Origin: Candidatus Latescibacterota bacterium
GTDB lineage: Bacteria; Latescibacterota; UBA2968; UBA8231
Length of the DNA: 64,000 bases
Direction of reading: 5' to 3'
NCBI GenBank assembly: GCA_965217585.1
Contig: OZ244561.1
Coordinates: 6,944,001 to 7,008,000 of the forward strand
Positions 48,301-56,241 of this stretch are shown piece by piece. Both the position numbers and the translations under genes were made by a program. The notes beneath the pieces are model-generated. The model was not told the DNA's origin and ran no database searches. It saw nothing but the letters and a program-made list of their open reading frames with translations. The stretch's first letter is position 1; every line of letters starts with the position of its first letter.

Positions 48301-48639
48301 GAGGGTACGGCCTATGCTCATAATCGCCCTGTCGTCCCTCCTGATATTCGGCTGTTCGATAGCCCGTCTGAACGTCTCCCGATCCTCCTCGATTAAATTG
48401 TATATTCGCCGGAAGGCATGGGGCCGGACCACGCCATCGGAGGTGATATCTAGGACGTGTCTGGGCATGGTCCAGTGCTCCCAGTGGCCCTGCGTATCGA
48501 CCATGATCTTCGAATCGGTAACCCGGTGGCCTTGGGCAGGCTGTGCGCGAACGATACAGACTCCACCCACCAGTGCTCCAAAACACAGAGCGCCCACCAG
48601 CCTCAGGACGGTCCAATGGCTGTAACATTTTCTTTCCAT
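45340..48639 (-). CDS. Cassette family C, copy 2 (secreted; discoidin-like domains, repeats and FlgD-Ig/type-B CTD)
   Basis: ATG 48639 with GGAGGA. Motifs are DGNPTTYWEP..WWVEIDLG, WSPWS and PNPFTPNGDGVND, ending VAVAY. Confidence 0.75.
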   Translation of the reverse strand: MERKCYSHWTVLRLVGALCFGALVGGVCIVRAQPAQGHRVTDSKIMVDTQGHWEHWTMPRHVLDITSDGVVRPHAFRRIYNLIEEDRETFRRAIEQPNIRRDDRAIMSIGRTLVRTRDGDLKLEEQKVGKYLNSDFRRFPGNETQIVLGGQLYTVTDTSMSGAKEVTLLLKNVSTGVRSTRKFETKDKENFPAYDYFVQTGISRVGSNPDDAPNIIDGNPTTYWEPDLAANSTDWWVEIDLGRVVVVEKIVLHFVDEETGDPFRQFRVLVSPEQEFIEDADNKLDFSLVGGTVAPNTEQRTFVLSTEEEPRFAQSASDPKWTGRIAETIRILVTDSKRFRARQLSKEEWEVLPSEEQGDILYYIQDETGFEEPVDQSTYEGLGPERQGRKDYYIRERPRLSEVEVWGWGDNLAPGVLGKGGSVDLTGPYIASNGFDGDASTNFRWQVWSPLSEVGIMTVDMGALVWLDAMRLAGSVDGYIVQASDGARDARGELKWRRVSPVERENNEVDRFRHFADFYDPPLRIRYLGMRLLTTNLDVGGGYRVLAGTVSELQFFSEGYITEAEMTSDFIRMPGPRSLGAVRWSPEDQPEGTSVEIRTRTGDLLVEQIRYFDASGFEKTPKEWEELFSKYQGPVDTSFALGGGWSPWSRKYVRSGERVTSPGLRNFMQLQVKFTSEDRWKTASIGSIEVELFDPVAQRVVGEVWPQETIPGRLDTFEIYLRPTFIDAPFSAQTAGFDEMLLSAPEGVDLHLLSVSTGTEEEFREGQVYQNFQRVSEGGFLSASGDALDVFREGGDSLWVRLPASMQSVPVALAPKVYNRVTSEGDEVPVGHDGDILTEAAYGLLPDSERGRSLFFKKTTDSVGNLRFEEVANQFTYDELDPEKQGPVRYFRKLVGAGAEFSFDARGDSLTPDTYNALERSVRGTVIGTGRLVQVRFASTVFLNGTTLKAFVRKADQISDAGDFLWQQVDPGDATILTSGSSLTISVPVGGKIIDELVLSPNPFTPNGDGVNDVLEVAFSVFRVTAEREARMRIYALDGRLMWEDVKMAHGGPHVFRWTGVDKGGSILPPGLYICQIHLGADSGEAKGKTLSLVVAVAY

Positions 48640-48671
48640 CTGAATCCTCCTCGGCGTTAGTTCTCGATCCT

Positions 48672-50738
48672 TCAGTAGACGACCGCCAGAGGTCGCACCT
48701 GGGTGTCGGCACGGTTGTCTCCTTCCACGGAAACTTGGAGCAGGTAGATCCCCGGCGGGACCCGATGTCCATCGTTGTCGGCTCCATCCCACCCATGCAG
48801 ATAACGGCCGCTTTGCTGCAACCCGTCGTGCAGGGTGTGAAGCACTCTGCCGGCCAAGTCGTAGACCCGGACCACCACCCTGCCTGTTTTCGTCAGCGTG
48901 AGAACATTGTAGACCACGGAGATCTGGTCGTTGATTCCGTCCCCGTTCGGGGTAAAGGGATTTGGAGTCGCCTCGAAGGCATCGATCAGACGCCCTTTGA
49001 GGACGGAAGGGCTGAAGACCGTGATGCCGGACAGGTTCGGGTCATCCCCTTCCCCCAGATCGGCGGTATTTCCAGGAGCGATGTTCTGGAAGGCTCCCGA
49101 CTCCGTGGACAGGGATGCCCGCCCCTTGAATTCCGTGCTGAAGACCAGCACCGAGGCGCGAAAGGTGATCTTGAGCAGGTCATCGTTCTCCTGGATGAGC
49201 GGAAAACGGACGCCAAACCTGTTGTCTTCAACCGAGGTGATCCAGAAGGGCCCCTCTCCCAGGGTATCGAGATCAGTGAAGGTATGCTCTGCCACCAAGC
49301 CCCCCTGGGAGTCCAGGATCTCGATCCGTTCCACCGCTTCCACGCGGAGGGGCGTGGAGACTTCAAATGTGTCGAACCCGCGCAGCCCCGGGGTCTCTAT
49401 CTTGGGGCTCACAGCATAGGTGAACAACGTGGAGGTGGAGGCCTCCACCTCGCGGGGAAAAATCTCTGCCACCAGCTCCTCGGACAGAGGCGGCGACAGG
49501 TATTCCAAGGATATGCGGTCCAGAACCCGGGCAGACTCTAAGTCTTCGCTCAGCACCTGGACCCTGAACTGTATGTACCGTCGGGGGCCGGGCGAGAGGA
49601 TTGAGGTCCCGGCTTCTGTGCTTCCCTCGGGGGTATAGGGGGAACTCCAGGGGCTCCAGTTCTCCAGGTCGTTCTTGACCGAACCATGCGTCCACTCTAC
49701 GTCGGCAGCGTCCGCCATGGGAAGTTCGCTGTATTCCTCCCGGGTCAATGGCTGCCCGCGGTTGACTATAGAAGTCGGTATCTCCGGGGCATCTCTCTTG
49801 TCTGCCAGCTTTCGAGTGTAGACAAACGGCGTTTCATCGTTTCCGGTACGGGTCGAGATGAGCAGATGGGACTTGCTTGAGTCGCCTACTGCACGTTCGA
49901 CCCACTGAATGTTGCCCCATGAGGCGAATCCCAGGTCGAACACGTCCGAGATGTACTGGGCAGTAGGGAGAAAGCCCGTCCCGTAGACCTCGATCTCGTC
50001 AATCTCGAAATTGATGGGTGTGGCCGAGCGCAGCCGGACGGATCGGATATACTGCGGCGGGTCGAGGACCACATCGACCACGGGCTCCCTATTGTCCTTG
50101 TTCTCCGCCAGGAGTTCCCAGATGGGGTTGCCCCCTCTGTTGAGATTGAGCCCGTCGTTTACGAAGAGCTCGAAGGCTCTCATGAAGTCGTTTTGGAAGG
50201 GCGTTGAGGGTGCCGGGTGTACAGTGTTGCGGGGATAGAAGCGGATTCGGTTGACCCCGAATCGGGCACCGAGATCAATTATGATCAGCATGCCCAAGGC
50301 GTTAAAGTTCTTCCGTTCGAAAGCCAGAAGCTCTCCCCCTCTATCCTCGCTGAGGAGTTCCTCCAAGGCCAATTCGAGGTCCGGGAGCCTGAAATTGTCG
50401 GTGAAATCCAGGACGGTGGGGGCGCGGATATTCCCTCCTCGCTCTTTCGTGCTGACAGCTATGTTCTCCCCCTCGCTTAACTGCCTGGGGACGAGGCTTT
50501 CCCGGTAATCCGGGTGGTTGAAGTCAATCAGCCCTCCCGGCGTGTTCCCGATCAGAATCTCGTTGGGGTCCAGGGCGCGGTACTCCGGATCGATGGTGAT
50601 CAAGTCCGCACCTGACCCATCCCACCTGATCGAACCCTCTTTCCCGAGACTAAGTGTCTCCAGGGCGATCGCTGAATCAAGTATACATACCACGGTAACC
50701 CATCCGCAGAAAAGAGGCAGGAGGTTCCTCTTGGCCAT
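48672..50738 (-). CDS. Cassette family B, copy 2 (secreted; discoidin-like domain and FlgD-Ig/type-B CTD)
   Basis: ATG 50738 with AGGAGGT. Motifs are DLGARFGVNRIRFYPRN, DLENWSPWS, SPGPRRYIQ and PNPFTPNGDGIND. Confidence 0.75.
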   Translation of the reverse strand: MAKRNLLPLFCGWVTVVCILDSAIALETLSLGKEGSIRWDGSGADLITIDPEYRALDPNEILIGNTPGGLIDFNHPDYRESLVPRQLSEGENIAVSTKERGGNIRAPTVLDFTDNFRLPDLELALEELLSEDRGGELLAFERKNFNALGMLIIIDLGARFGVNRIRFYPRNTVHPAPSTPFQNDFMRAFELFVNDGLNLNRGGNPIWELLAENKDNREPVVDVVLDPPQYIRSVRLRSATPINFEIDEIEVYGTGFLPTAQYISDVFDLGFASWGNIQWVERAVGDSSKSHLLISTRTGNDETPFVYTRKLADKRDAPEIPTSIVNRGQPLTREEYSELPMADAADVEWTHGSVKNDLENWSPWSSPYTPEGSTEAGTSILSPGPRRYIQFRVQVLSEDLESARVLDRISLEYLSPPLSEELVAEIFPREVEASTSTLFTYAVSPKIETPGLRGFDTFEVSTPLRVEAVERIEILDSQGGLVAEHTFTDLDTLGEGPFWITSVEDNRFGVRFPLIQENDDLLKITFRASVLVFSTEFKGRASLSTESGAFQNIAPGNTADLGEGDDPNLSGITVFSPSVLKGRLIDAFEATPNPFTPNGDGINDQISVVYNVLTLTKTGRVVVRVYDLAGRVLHTLHDGLQQSGRYLHGWDGADNDGHRVPPGIYLLQVSVEGDNRADTQVRPLAVVY

Positions 50739-50843
50739 CCAATGACCTCCTTGCAGGCTTGAGGTTTTCACATCTGCCCGTTTACAGTCCATCTCCCAAC
50801 CCGGCGATGAATCTCCGCACTACACCACCCATAAACGACCGGC

Positions 50844-52976
50844 TCAATAAACCACGGCTATAGTACCTACCTTCTCTTCTCTCCTTTCGTCGGCTTCCAA
50901 GCTAATCCGGTAAATGTAGATCCCGGGAGATACCCTCTCTTCCCTGTCGTCTCGCCCGTCCCATGTCTTCAAATAAGCACCGGTTTTAGCAGCCTCGTCC
51001 GTGAGTTCACGGACCAATTGTCCGCTCAGGTCGTAGATCTTCATCTGTATGGATCGTTGTACGGCTACCTCCCGCACCTTGAAGGACAAGGATAGCTCAT
51101 CGTTGATACCATCCCCGTTCGGCGTGAAGGGATTGGGAGAGGTCTCCACGAAGACGAGCAGATCTCCCCCCACAACCGTCCGGACAGACAGCCCATCTCC
51201 TGCATAGCGGAACGTGGCGTTGCCCGGCTCGACCTGCTGTTTCAGCCGGGACGGATCGTCGCTGTTGAACACCCATCCCTTGAACTCGGCGCCGAAACGC
51301 AGCACCGCCGCGTCGAAACTCACCTCCACCTGCTTGCGGCTGTCCTCCTCTGCATCTTGCAGCTTGGGTAGTGCCACGATGATCCGGTCGGACAGGATCT
51401 CAGGAGGAAAAGCCTCCAGGTCGATCTCAGGACCGTTTACCTTGACAGATCGGACCGTATCCGCAGTGGTGTAGGTGAGGATCTCGAGCCGGTCGAATCC
51501 TGCATCTCCCTCCTGAAACTCCGGCTTGACAACATAGGTGAAGGTCTGCGGCTCAAAGGAGACGACATCGATCGGCCAGATCTCCCCCACGATTTGGGAG
51601 GCGGAGGGAGACTGGGCGAATTGAAGCCACAGGGCCTGCAGTTGGGGGGCCTCATTCCGGGTCGAGTAGAGGGCGACGTGGAACTGGAGGTAGCGGCTGG
51701 GACTCGGCGACAGCAGAGGAGTCCCGTCCTTCCATGCGTCGGCCGCTCTGGTGAGGTCGCGCAGGCCGGCTTCGAAGTCGTAGGGTGGCGACCAGAAACT
51801 CCAGTTGTCCGTGTCGTAGATGGGGGGTTGACGTGTGTTGACCGGAAGCAGCTTGTATGTGCCGAAAGTGATCTCTTCCAGGTCGCCCGTGATAGAGTTC
51901 TTTTTCCAGAAGATATCAGGGTCCGGGTCGTTGCCTGTACGGGTCCTGATCTCCACGCCGGTGTCGGGAGGGAACTCTCCGGCCCAGCGGATCTTGCCCC
52001 AGCTAACCGGGTGCCCGAAGTCCAGGATATGGGTGAGGTAAACCGCCTTCCTGACATACCCCTCTCCGTAGACTTCGAACTCGGCGATCTCCCAGTCGCG
52101 GAGCGGATTGAAGGCCCGGATGGCCACCCAGCGCTCGTGCCGCAGAGGGAAGCGAAAGTCCACGACCACGTCCAGGTTCTCTGTAGTCTGCCTGAGGATG
52201 GTGAACGCCGGATCGTTGGTCGACCTGTACAGCCTAGTGCTCTTGAACGCCCGTTTCCCCGGAGGAGGTGTGCCTGACGATACCAGCGGGGCGCTATTGT
52301 CGGCCACCCCGATCTCATACCACTCGAGGAAGTTGGCGGAAAAACTCTCGGTCCCAAACGCGTTCCGGTCCGGCTTGGGATCGGCTATCTGCTCGATCAG
52401 CAGGGCGTCGTCGTCGCCCAGACGGGGAAAGAACCGAATCCGGTTGATCGGGAGGTTCGCCCCGAAGTCCACGATTATGTTCTCCCGCCATGGCCGCGCA
52501 GGGCACGACGTACCTTGGCACGAAGCGATCTCGCCCAACCCGATCCCCAAGGCACCTAAGGGATTCTGGACCATGGTCCGGAAGGTCGCCGTCTTGGGAT
52601 CGCCATCAAAGGACAGACGGATGCTCTGGAGCTGGCCTTCCCGATAGCCCAGGGGTTCACTCGAGGTAATCTGCCCGTCGGCCAAGTCGAGGCGGCGGGC
52701 CAGGTTCTCGTTCGGATCGATCCACACCGGCCGGATCGCGCCGTTGCTGTAGTCGATGAGGGTATCGACTCCGGTCTCTCGTGGAGCTATGCCCACGGCC
52801 ACCGAATCGATCGGCTGGCCGCCTGCGTCGAACACGACATAGAAGCCAGGGGCTTCCGACAAAGCAGCCGGCCAGAGATTCCCTGTATCCCCACCCAGGA
52901 TGTACTCCGACCTTCTGGCCTTTGCCGGCGATGTCAGTACCAGAATCAGCAGGAAGACGCAGAGAGGTACACGCAA
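50844..52976 (-). CDS. Cassette family D, copy 2 (secreted; discoidin-like domain and FlgD-Ig/type-B CTD)
   Basis: Probable TTG start before the hydrophobic VPLCVFLLILVLTSPAKA (start uncertain). Motifs are LPINRIRFFPR, WEIAEFEVYG, WSFWS and PNPFTPNGDGIND. Confidence 0.72.
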   Translation of the reverse strand: MRVPLCVFLLILVLTSPAKARRSEYILGGDTGNLWPAALSEAPGFYVVFDAGGQPIDSVAVGIAPRETGVDTLIDYSNGAIRPVWIDPNENLARRLDLADGQITSSEPLGYREGQLQSIRLSFDGDPKTATFRTMVQNPLGALGIGLGEIASCQGTSCPARPWRENIIVDFGANLPINRIRFFPRLGDDDALLIEQIADPKPDRNAFGTESFSANFLEWYEIGVADNSAPLVSSGTPPPGKRAFKSTRLYRSTNDPAFTILRQTTENLDVVVDFRFPLRHERWVAIRAFNPLRDWEIAEFEVYGEGYVRKAVYLTHILDFGHPVSWGKIRWAGEFPPDTGVEIRTRTGNDPDPDIFWKKNSITGDLEEITFGTYKLLPVNTRQPPIYDTDNWSFWSPPYDFEAGLRDLTRAADAWKDGTPLLSPSPSRYLQFHVALYSTRNEAPQLQALWLQFAQSPSASQIVGEIWPIDVVSFEPQTFTYVVKPEFQEGDAGFDRLEILTYTTADTVRSVKVNGPEIDLEAFPPEILSDRIIVALPKLQDAEEDSRKQVEVSFDAAVLRFGAEFKGWVFNSDDPSRLKQQVEPGNATFRYAGDGLSVRTVVGGDLLVFVETSPNPFTPNGDGINDELSLSFKVREVAVQRSIQMKIYDLSGQLVRELTDEAAKTGAYLKTWDGRDDREERVSPGIYIYRISLEADERREEKVGTIAVVY

Positions 52977-53048
52977 TATCGTTGCCCGCCTGTCGAATTT
53001 GAGGAAAGGTTTGGAAACACTCAAGAATCTAACAAAATCCAACAGAAC

Positions 53049-53084
53049 AAAAAACCCGTGTTCCGCCAGGGGAACACGGGTTTT
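53049..53084 (-). terminator. Rho-independent terminator after family E copy 2
   Basis: AAAACCCGTGTTCC / GGAACACGGGTTTT inverted repeat with a T6 tail on the minus strand. Confidence 0.85.
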
Positions 53085-53104
53085 CTCACAACTGCGCCTG
53101 ACGG

Positions 53105-53974
53105 TTACTTGAACTGGGACTTGATGCGGGCCCAGGTATTCGTCCCGACCGCTGTCTCGATCTTCGGGTCCATCTCCATCAGCACGAAGTCGTTCACAGC
53201 CTGGCAGCACGAAGGCTCCCCCGCCATAGACCAATACACATCGCGATCGTCCCCCTCATCCACATCGACGACGTTTGGGGTGATGTGGATGGTCTCTCCT
53301 TCCTCCAGGTCGAATTCTACCACCCCGTCTTCGGACGCAGCCTCGTCCGTTGGCATGGTTTCGACGGGTCTGATCGCCACCTCGTAGTAGTAGGTGCTCT
53401 CGCCGAACTGATCCCCTGTGAAGCTCCATCCGAAGTCGAGCCACCTGCTCCCGGGCGCCATCCAGGTATAGCCTATGGGTTCCAGAGGCCTGAGAAATAT
53501 AAACGTATCTTTGAATGGAGGGACCGCAAACTTGTAACTGAGATTGGTCGCTAAGCCCTCGACGGTATCCATGAGGGGATTCACCTCGATTTCTATGGCA
53601 TCATCGTGGAAGAATTTGCTGGCATCCGCCCGGTCTGTATTGTGTATGTTGTCGAACACCTCGATGGCGAAGTAGAGCATGTTGGCGTTTTCGTTCCAGC
53701 CAACCCGGTGCCGTATATTAATGTTAGTGGCATCGAACCCGCCGCGGCTCAATCCCTTCAACTGGAACGAGTCGTAGAGTTTGTCAGTGAGAATCGTGTA
53801 AGGACTCGTCGGCACGATCTCCCAATCAGTCAGGTCCCCGTCTATCGTCGGAACGGCATCATCGGGAAACTGTACCGCGAAGAAAGTCTCTCCCGGCGGT
53901 TGGTGTGCAGCGCTGATGCCGACAAATCCCAACACGAAACCCACAACTGTAAGCAGGATAGTTACTTTCCTCAT
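53105..53974 (-). CDS. Secreted CBM9/DOMON-like protein with C-terminal TAVGTNTWARIKSQFK tail (cassette family E, copy 2)
   Basis: ATG 53974 with AGGAGG, signal peptide, PTIDGDLTDW, VGWNE..LYFAIEVFD, DDAIEI and GESTYYYE. Paralog of 33983-34930. Confidence 0.68.
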   Translation of the reverse strand: MRKVTILLTVVGFVLGFVGISAAHQPPGETFFAVQFPDDAVPTIDGDLTDWEIVPTSPYTILTDKLYDSFQLKGLSRGGFDATNINIRHRVGWNENANMLYFAIEVFDNIHNTDRADASKFFHDDAIEIEVNPLMDTVEGLATNLSYKFAVPPFKDTFIFLRPLEPIGYTWMAPGSRWLDFGWSFTGDQFGESTYYYEVAIRPVETMPTDEAASEDGVVEFDLEEGETIHITPNVVDVDEGDDRDVYWSMAGEPSCCQAVNDFVLMEMDPKIETAVGTNTWARIKSQFK

Positions 53975-54511
53975 AGCGTCCCTCCTATTGAAGGATTTAT
54001 TACTTGTTTTTTGGGCCATTGGACCCATTTGATTATGCTCCGCTCCTCTTCTAGCACGGAACAATGCGTTTTTATACTTTAAGTAAGACCTCCTTTCTCG
54101 ATTCAGTTATGAGTGAAAGATGGGCCTCTATCTCTAGTCGAAATCTCTTAACTTTTAGCCATTTAAAAGATTCAGTCTACGTCATACGTTGATCAAATTG
54201 CGCAGAGGATCCAGACCGATTGAAAGTCGTACGATGTTAAGCTACTTCAACGGTTTAAAAAAGTCAAAAAAAGATATGAGACTGTTCGTTTCTCATTACC
54301 ATCGTTTGACCCTGCTTGGCGAGGAACGTGCGCCTAGCTCGGAGGGGAAGAAGCCGAATTGATAGAGCAATGGGAGGCGCGGGGTCAAATCCTCGAAAAA
54401 ATGTAAATATTCGTTCAATCCGTTTCTGTAATATTGTATAAGAATAAGATATTGAAAATACTACTGATATGAATTGTAAAGCCTTAGAGTATTTGGACAC
54501 GGATTTGGGTT

Positions 54512-55414
54512 TCATCCAGCCGCCACCGCGTACTGGGTAGGACGTTTTTCCTGTCGTACTTGGGCGGGGGTTTTATAGCCGTGGCGTTGCAGGATCCACT
54601 GCTGATTGTAGCACTTTTTGAATGCAAGTAGGGCCAACCGAAGCGCTTCAATGGTGGAAAAGGTATGCACCCCCAAGAGGTTCTCCTTGAGTAGGCCAAT
54701 AAAGCGCTCGACGCATCCGTTGCCTTGGGGCTGTCGCACGAAGGAGGGCGACGATTCGATGCCCAGAAAATTCAATTCGTTTTGGAAGTCATCCGATACG
54801 TAGATCGAGCCATGATCGTGCCGCACGGCCAGCCCCGCCGCCCGCTGCGCGGCATAGCCGCCCATGTGTTGGCGGATGCCTTGCCGAATCGGTTCCAAGG
54901 CTTCCAACCGATGGCCGTGCGCCGAGGCATGAATCCCGATGCATTCAAAGGTGCAGTGATCGACACAGACAAAGACATGGGCTGGGCCTTGCTTGTGAGT
55001 CCTCGTTGTCGTCGCGTCTGTGCCCCACATTACGTCCGGCTGATCGGTGATAATCGTCCCGTCGTGGACGGGCAGACCGGGAGGATACCCCCTCCGCTGC
55101 GGGGCCTGCAAACCGTGTTCGCGCATCAGCCGCCGTACCCGCTCTTTGGACGTACGCAGCCCCTGCAAGCGCAGCCTAGCCCACACCTTGCGATAGCCTT
55201 CGCCATGAAAAGGCGAGGCGGCCAACACGTGGCGGATATGATCGACCAAAACCGGATCCGAGCACGGACCCATCGGCCCTCTTTTGCCGGTCGCGCCGAT
55301 GGCCGCGGCCGCTCGGCGCTGGGCGTAGAGCGTCGAACGGGGTACGCGCCAAATCCGACAGACCCGCTGGAGCCCATAGCGCTTGCGGGTGGCGATCGAG
55401 CAGGCCTCACTCAT
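54512..55414 (-). CDS. IS3-family transposase OrfB (rve DDE integrase core)
   Basis: GYRKVW, RVRRLMRE, WGTD, HDHGSIY, PQGNGCVERF and YN..R motifs. Confidence 0.9.
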   Translation of the reverse strand: MSEACSIATRKRYGLQRVCRIWRVPRSTLYAQRRAAAAIGATGKRGPMGPCSDPVLVDHIRHVLAASPFHGEGYRKVWARLRLQGLRTSKERVRRLMREHGLQAPQRRGYPPGLPVHDGTIITDQPDVMWGTDATTTRTHKQGPAHVFVCVDHCTFECIGIHASAHGHRLEALEPIRQGIRQHMGGYAAQRAAGLAVRHDHGSIYVSDDFQNELNFLGIESSPSFVRQPQGNGCVERFIGLLKENLLGVHTFSTIEALRLALLAFKKCYNQQWILQRHGYKTPAQVRQEKRPTQYAVAAG

Positions 55415-55758
55415 GGCTTCGACCGCCGCGCTGGTAAAGACCGGCCGCGTTCCAAGTGCTCAATTTTGTGCTCAAGCAAATCGTTGGCCATGGTCAACTC
55501 GCCCACTTTGGCCTGCAACTTTTCGAGTTGGGCTGAGGGCACCTCCGAACCGCTTGACCGCAGACCCGCTTGGCCGGCCGCCAAGAAAGCATCGCGCCAT
55601 TGGCTCAGTTTAGCGGCCGTCACTTTGTATTCACGCGATAATAACTCCAGCTCTGCACCGCCTAACAGGCGAAGGACCGCTTCACTTTTGCGCTGGGCCG
55701 AAAAACGACCCCGGTCTGCCGTGCGATGGCTCTTTTTCATACCGGACACTCCTTTCAA
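55411..55758 (-). CDS. Transposase OrfA (HTH plus coiled coil)
   Basis: RFSAQRKSEAVLRLL..LSQWRDAF and LQAKVGELTM. It overlaps OrfB by ATGA; the true start may be the ATG at 55740. Confidence 0.85.
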   Translation of the reverse strand: MKGVSGMKKSHRTADRGRFSAQRKSEAVLRLLGGAELELLSREYKVTAAKLSQWRDAFLAAGQAGLRSSGSEVPSAQLEKLQAKVGELTMANDLLEHKIEHLERGRSLPARRSKP

Positions 55759-56241
55759 CCTAACCCTGAATATAGGGCGGATCGGGTGTCCAAGATAACC
55801 CTAGGGCTAGCCACTACTGATATGAATCCATCAATGCCGATAGGATTTATGGCTTAGTCGTAAGCTCTCGTTTTTGTTAATCCGATACGGGTTAAACGAA
55901 TATTTACGAAAAAATCCAACTTAACCTTGTAAAAACAGTCAGTTATTCACAATCTCAGGAATCGTGAGTGAACAGTCTCCACAAACACATCATAGTAAGG
56001 AAAACGAGGAGTTTTTTTACGTTTTCTGGTCCCTTGACAGACCCCAGATTTCCGGCTTATTTGATTTTATTATCGGCTTATTTTTAGGATTCCCCCGTAG
56101 CATACCATGTGGACCGCATGTGGATCGGTTATGTCCGTGCCTCTACCCACGAGCAGAACCTAGATCGATTTTCAGACGCGCTGTGCCCACCTCTCCCCTT
56201 CTCTGGTACCTGAGCGGGTCCATCATCGGAAAGGAGCTACT

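Larger units (their letters stand above)
54475..55813 (-). mobile_element. IS3-like insertion sequence (~1.34 kb) with imperfect TG...CA terminal inverted repeats and a 14-bp flanking direct repeat
   Basis: Left end TGTAAAGCCTTAGAGTATTTGGACAC matches the right-end reverse complement TGGCTAGCCCTAGGGTTATCTTGGACAC. CTACTGATATGAAT occurs at 54461-54474 and 55814-55827. Confidence 0.85.

Noticed and set aside
52977-53234. N-terminal extension of the 796-aa ORF (and extensions of the ORFs at 25809, 48792 and 54064)
   Set aside because: The extensions overlap neighbouring genes or terminators, or lack an RBS. Downstream starts give proper signal peptides.
54330-54395. tRNA-like fragments (TAGCTC...GATAGAGC and GGGGTCAAATCC)
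   Set aside because: No acceptor stem or anticodon arm can be folded and the spacing is wrong. At most this is a decayed relic.
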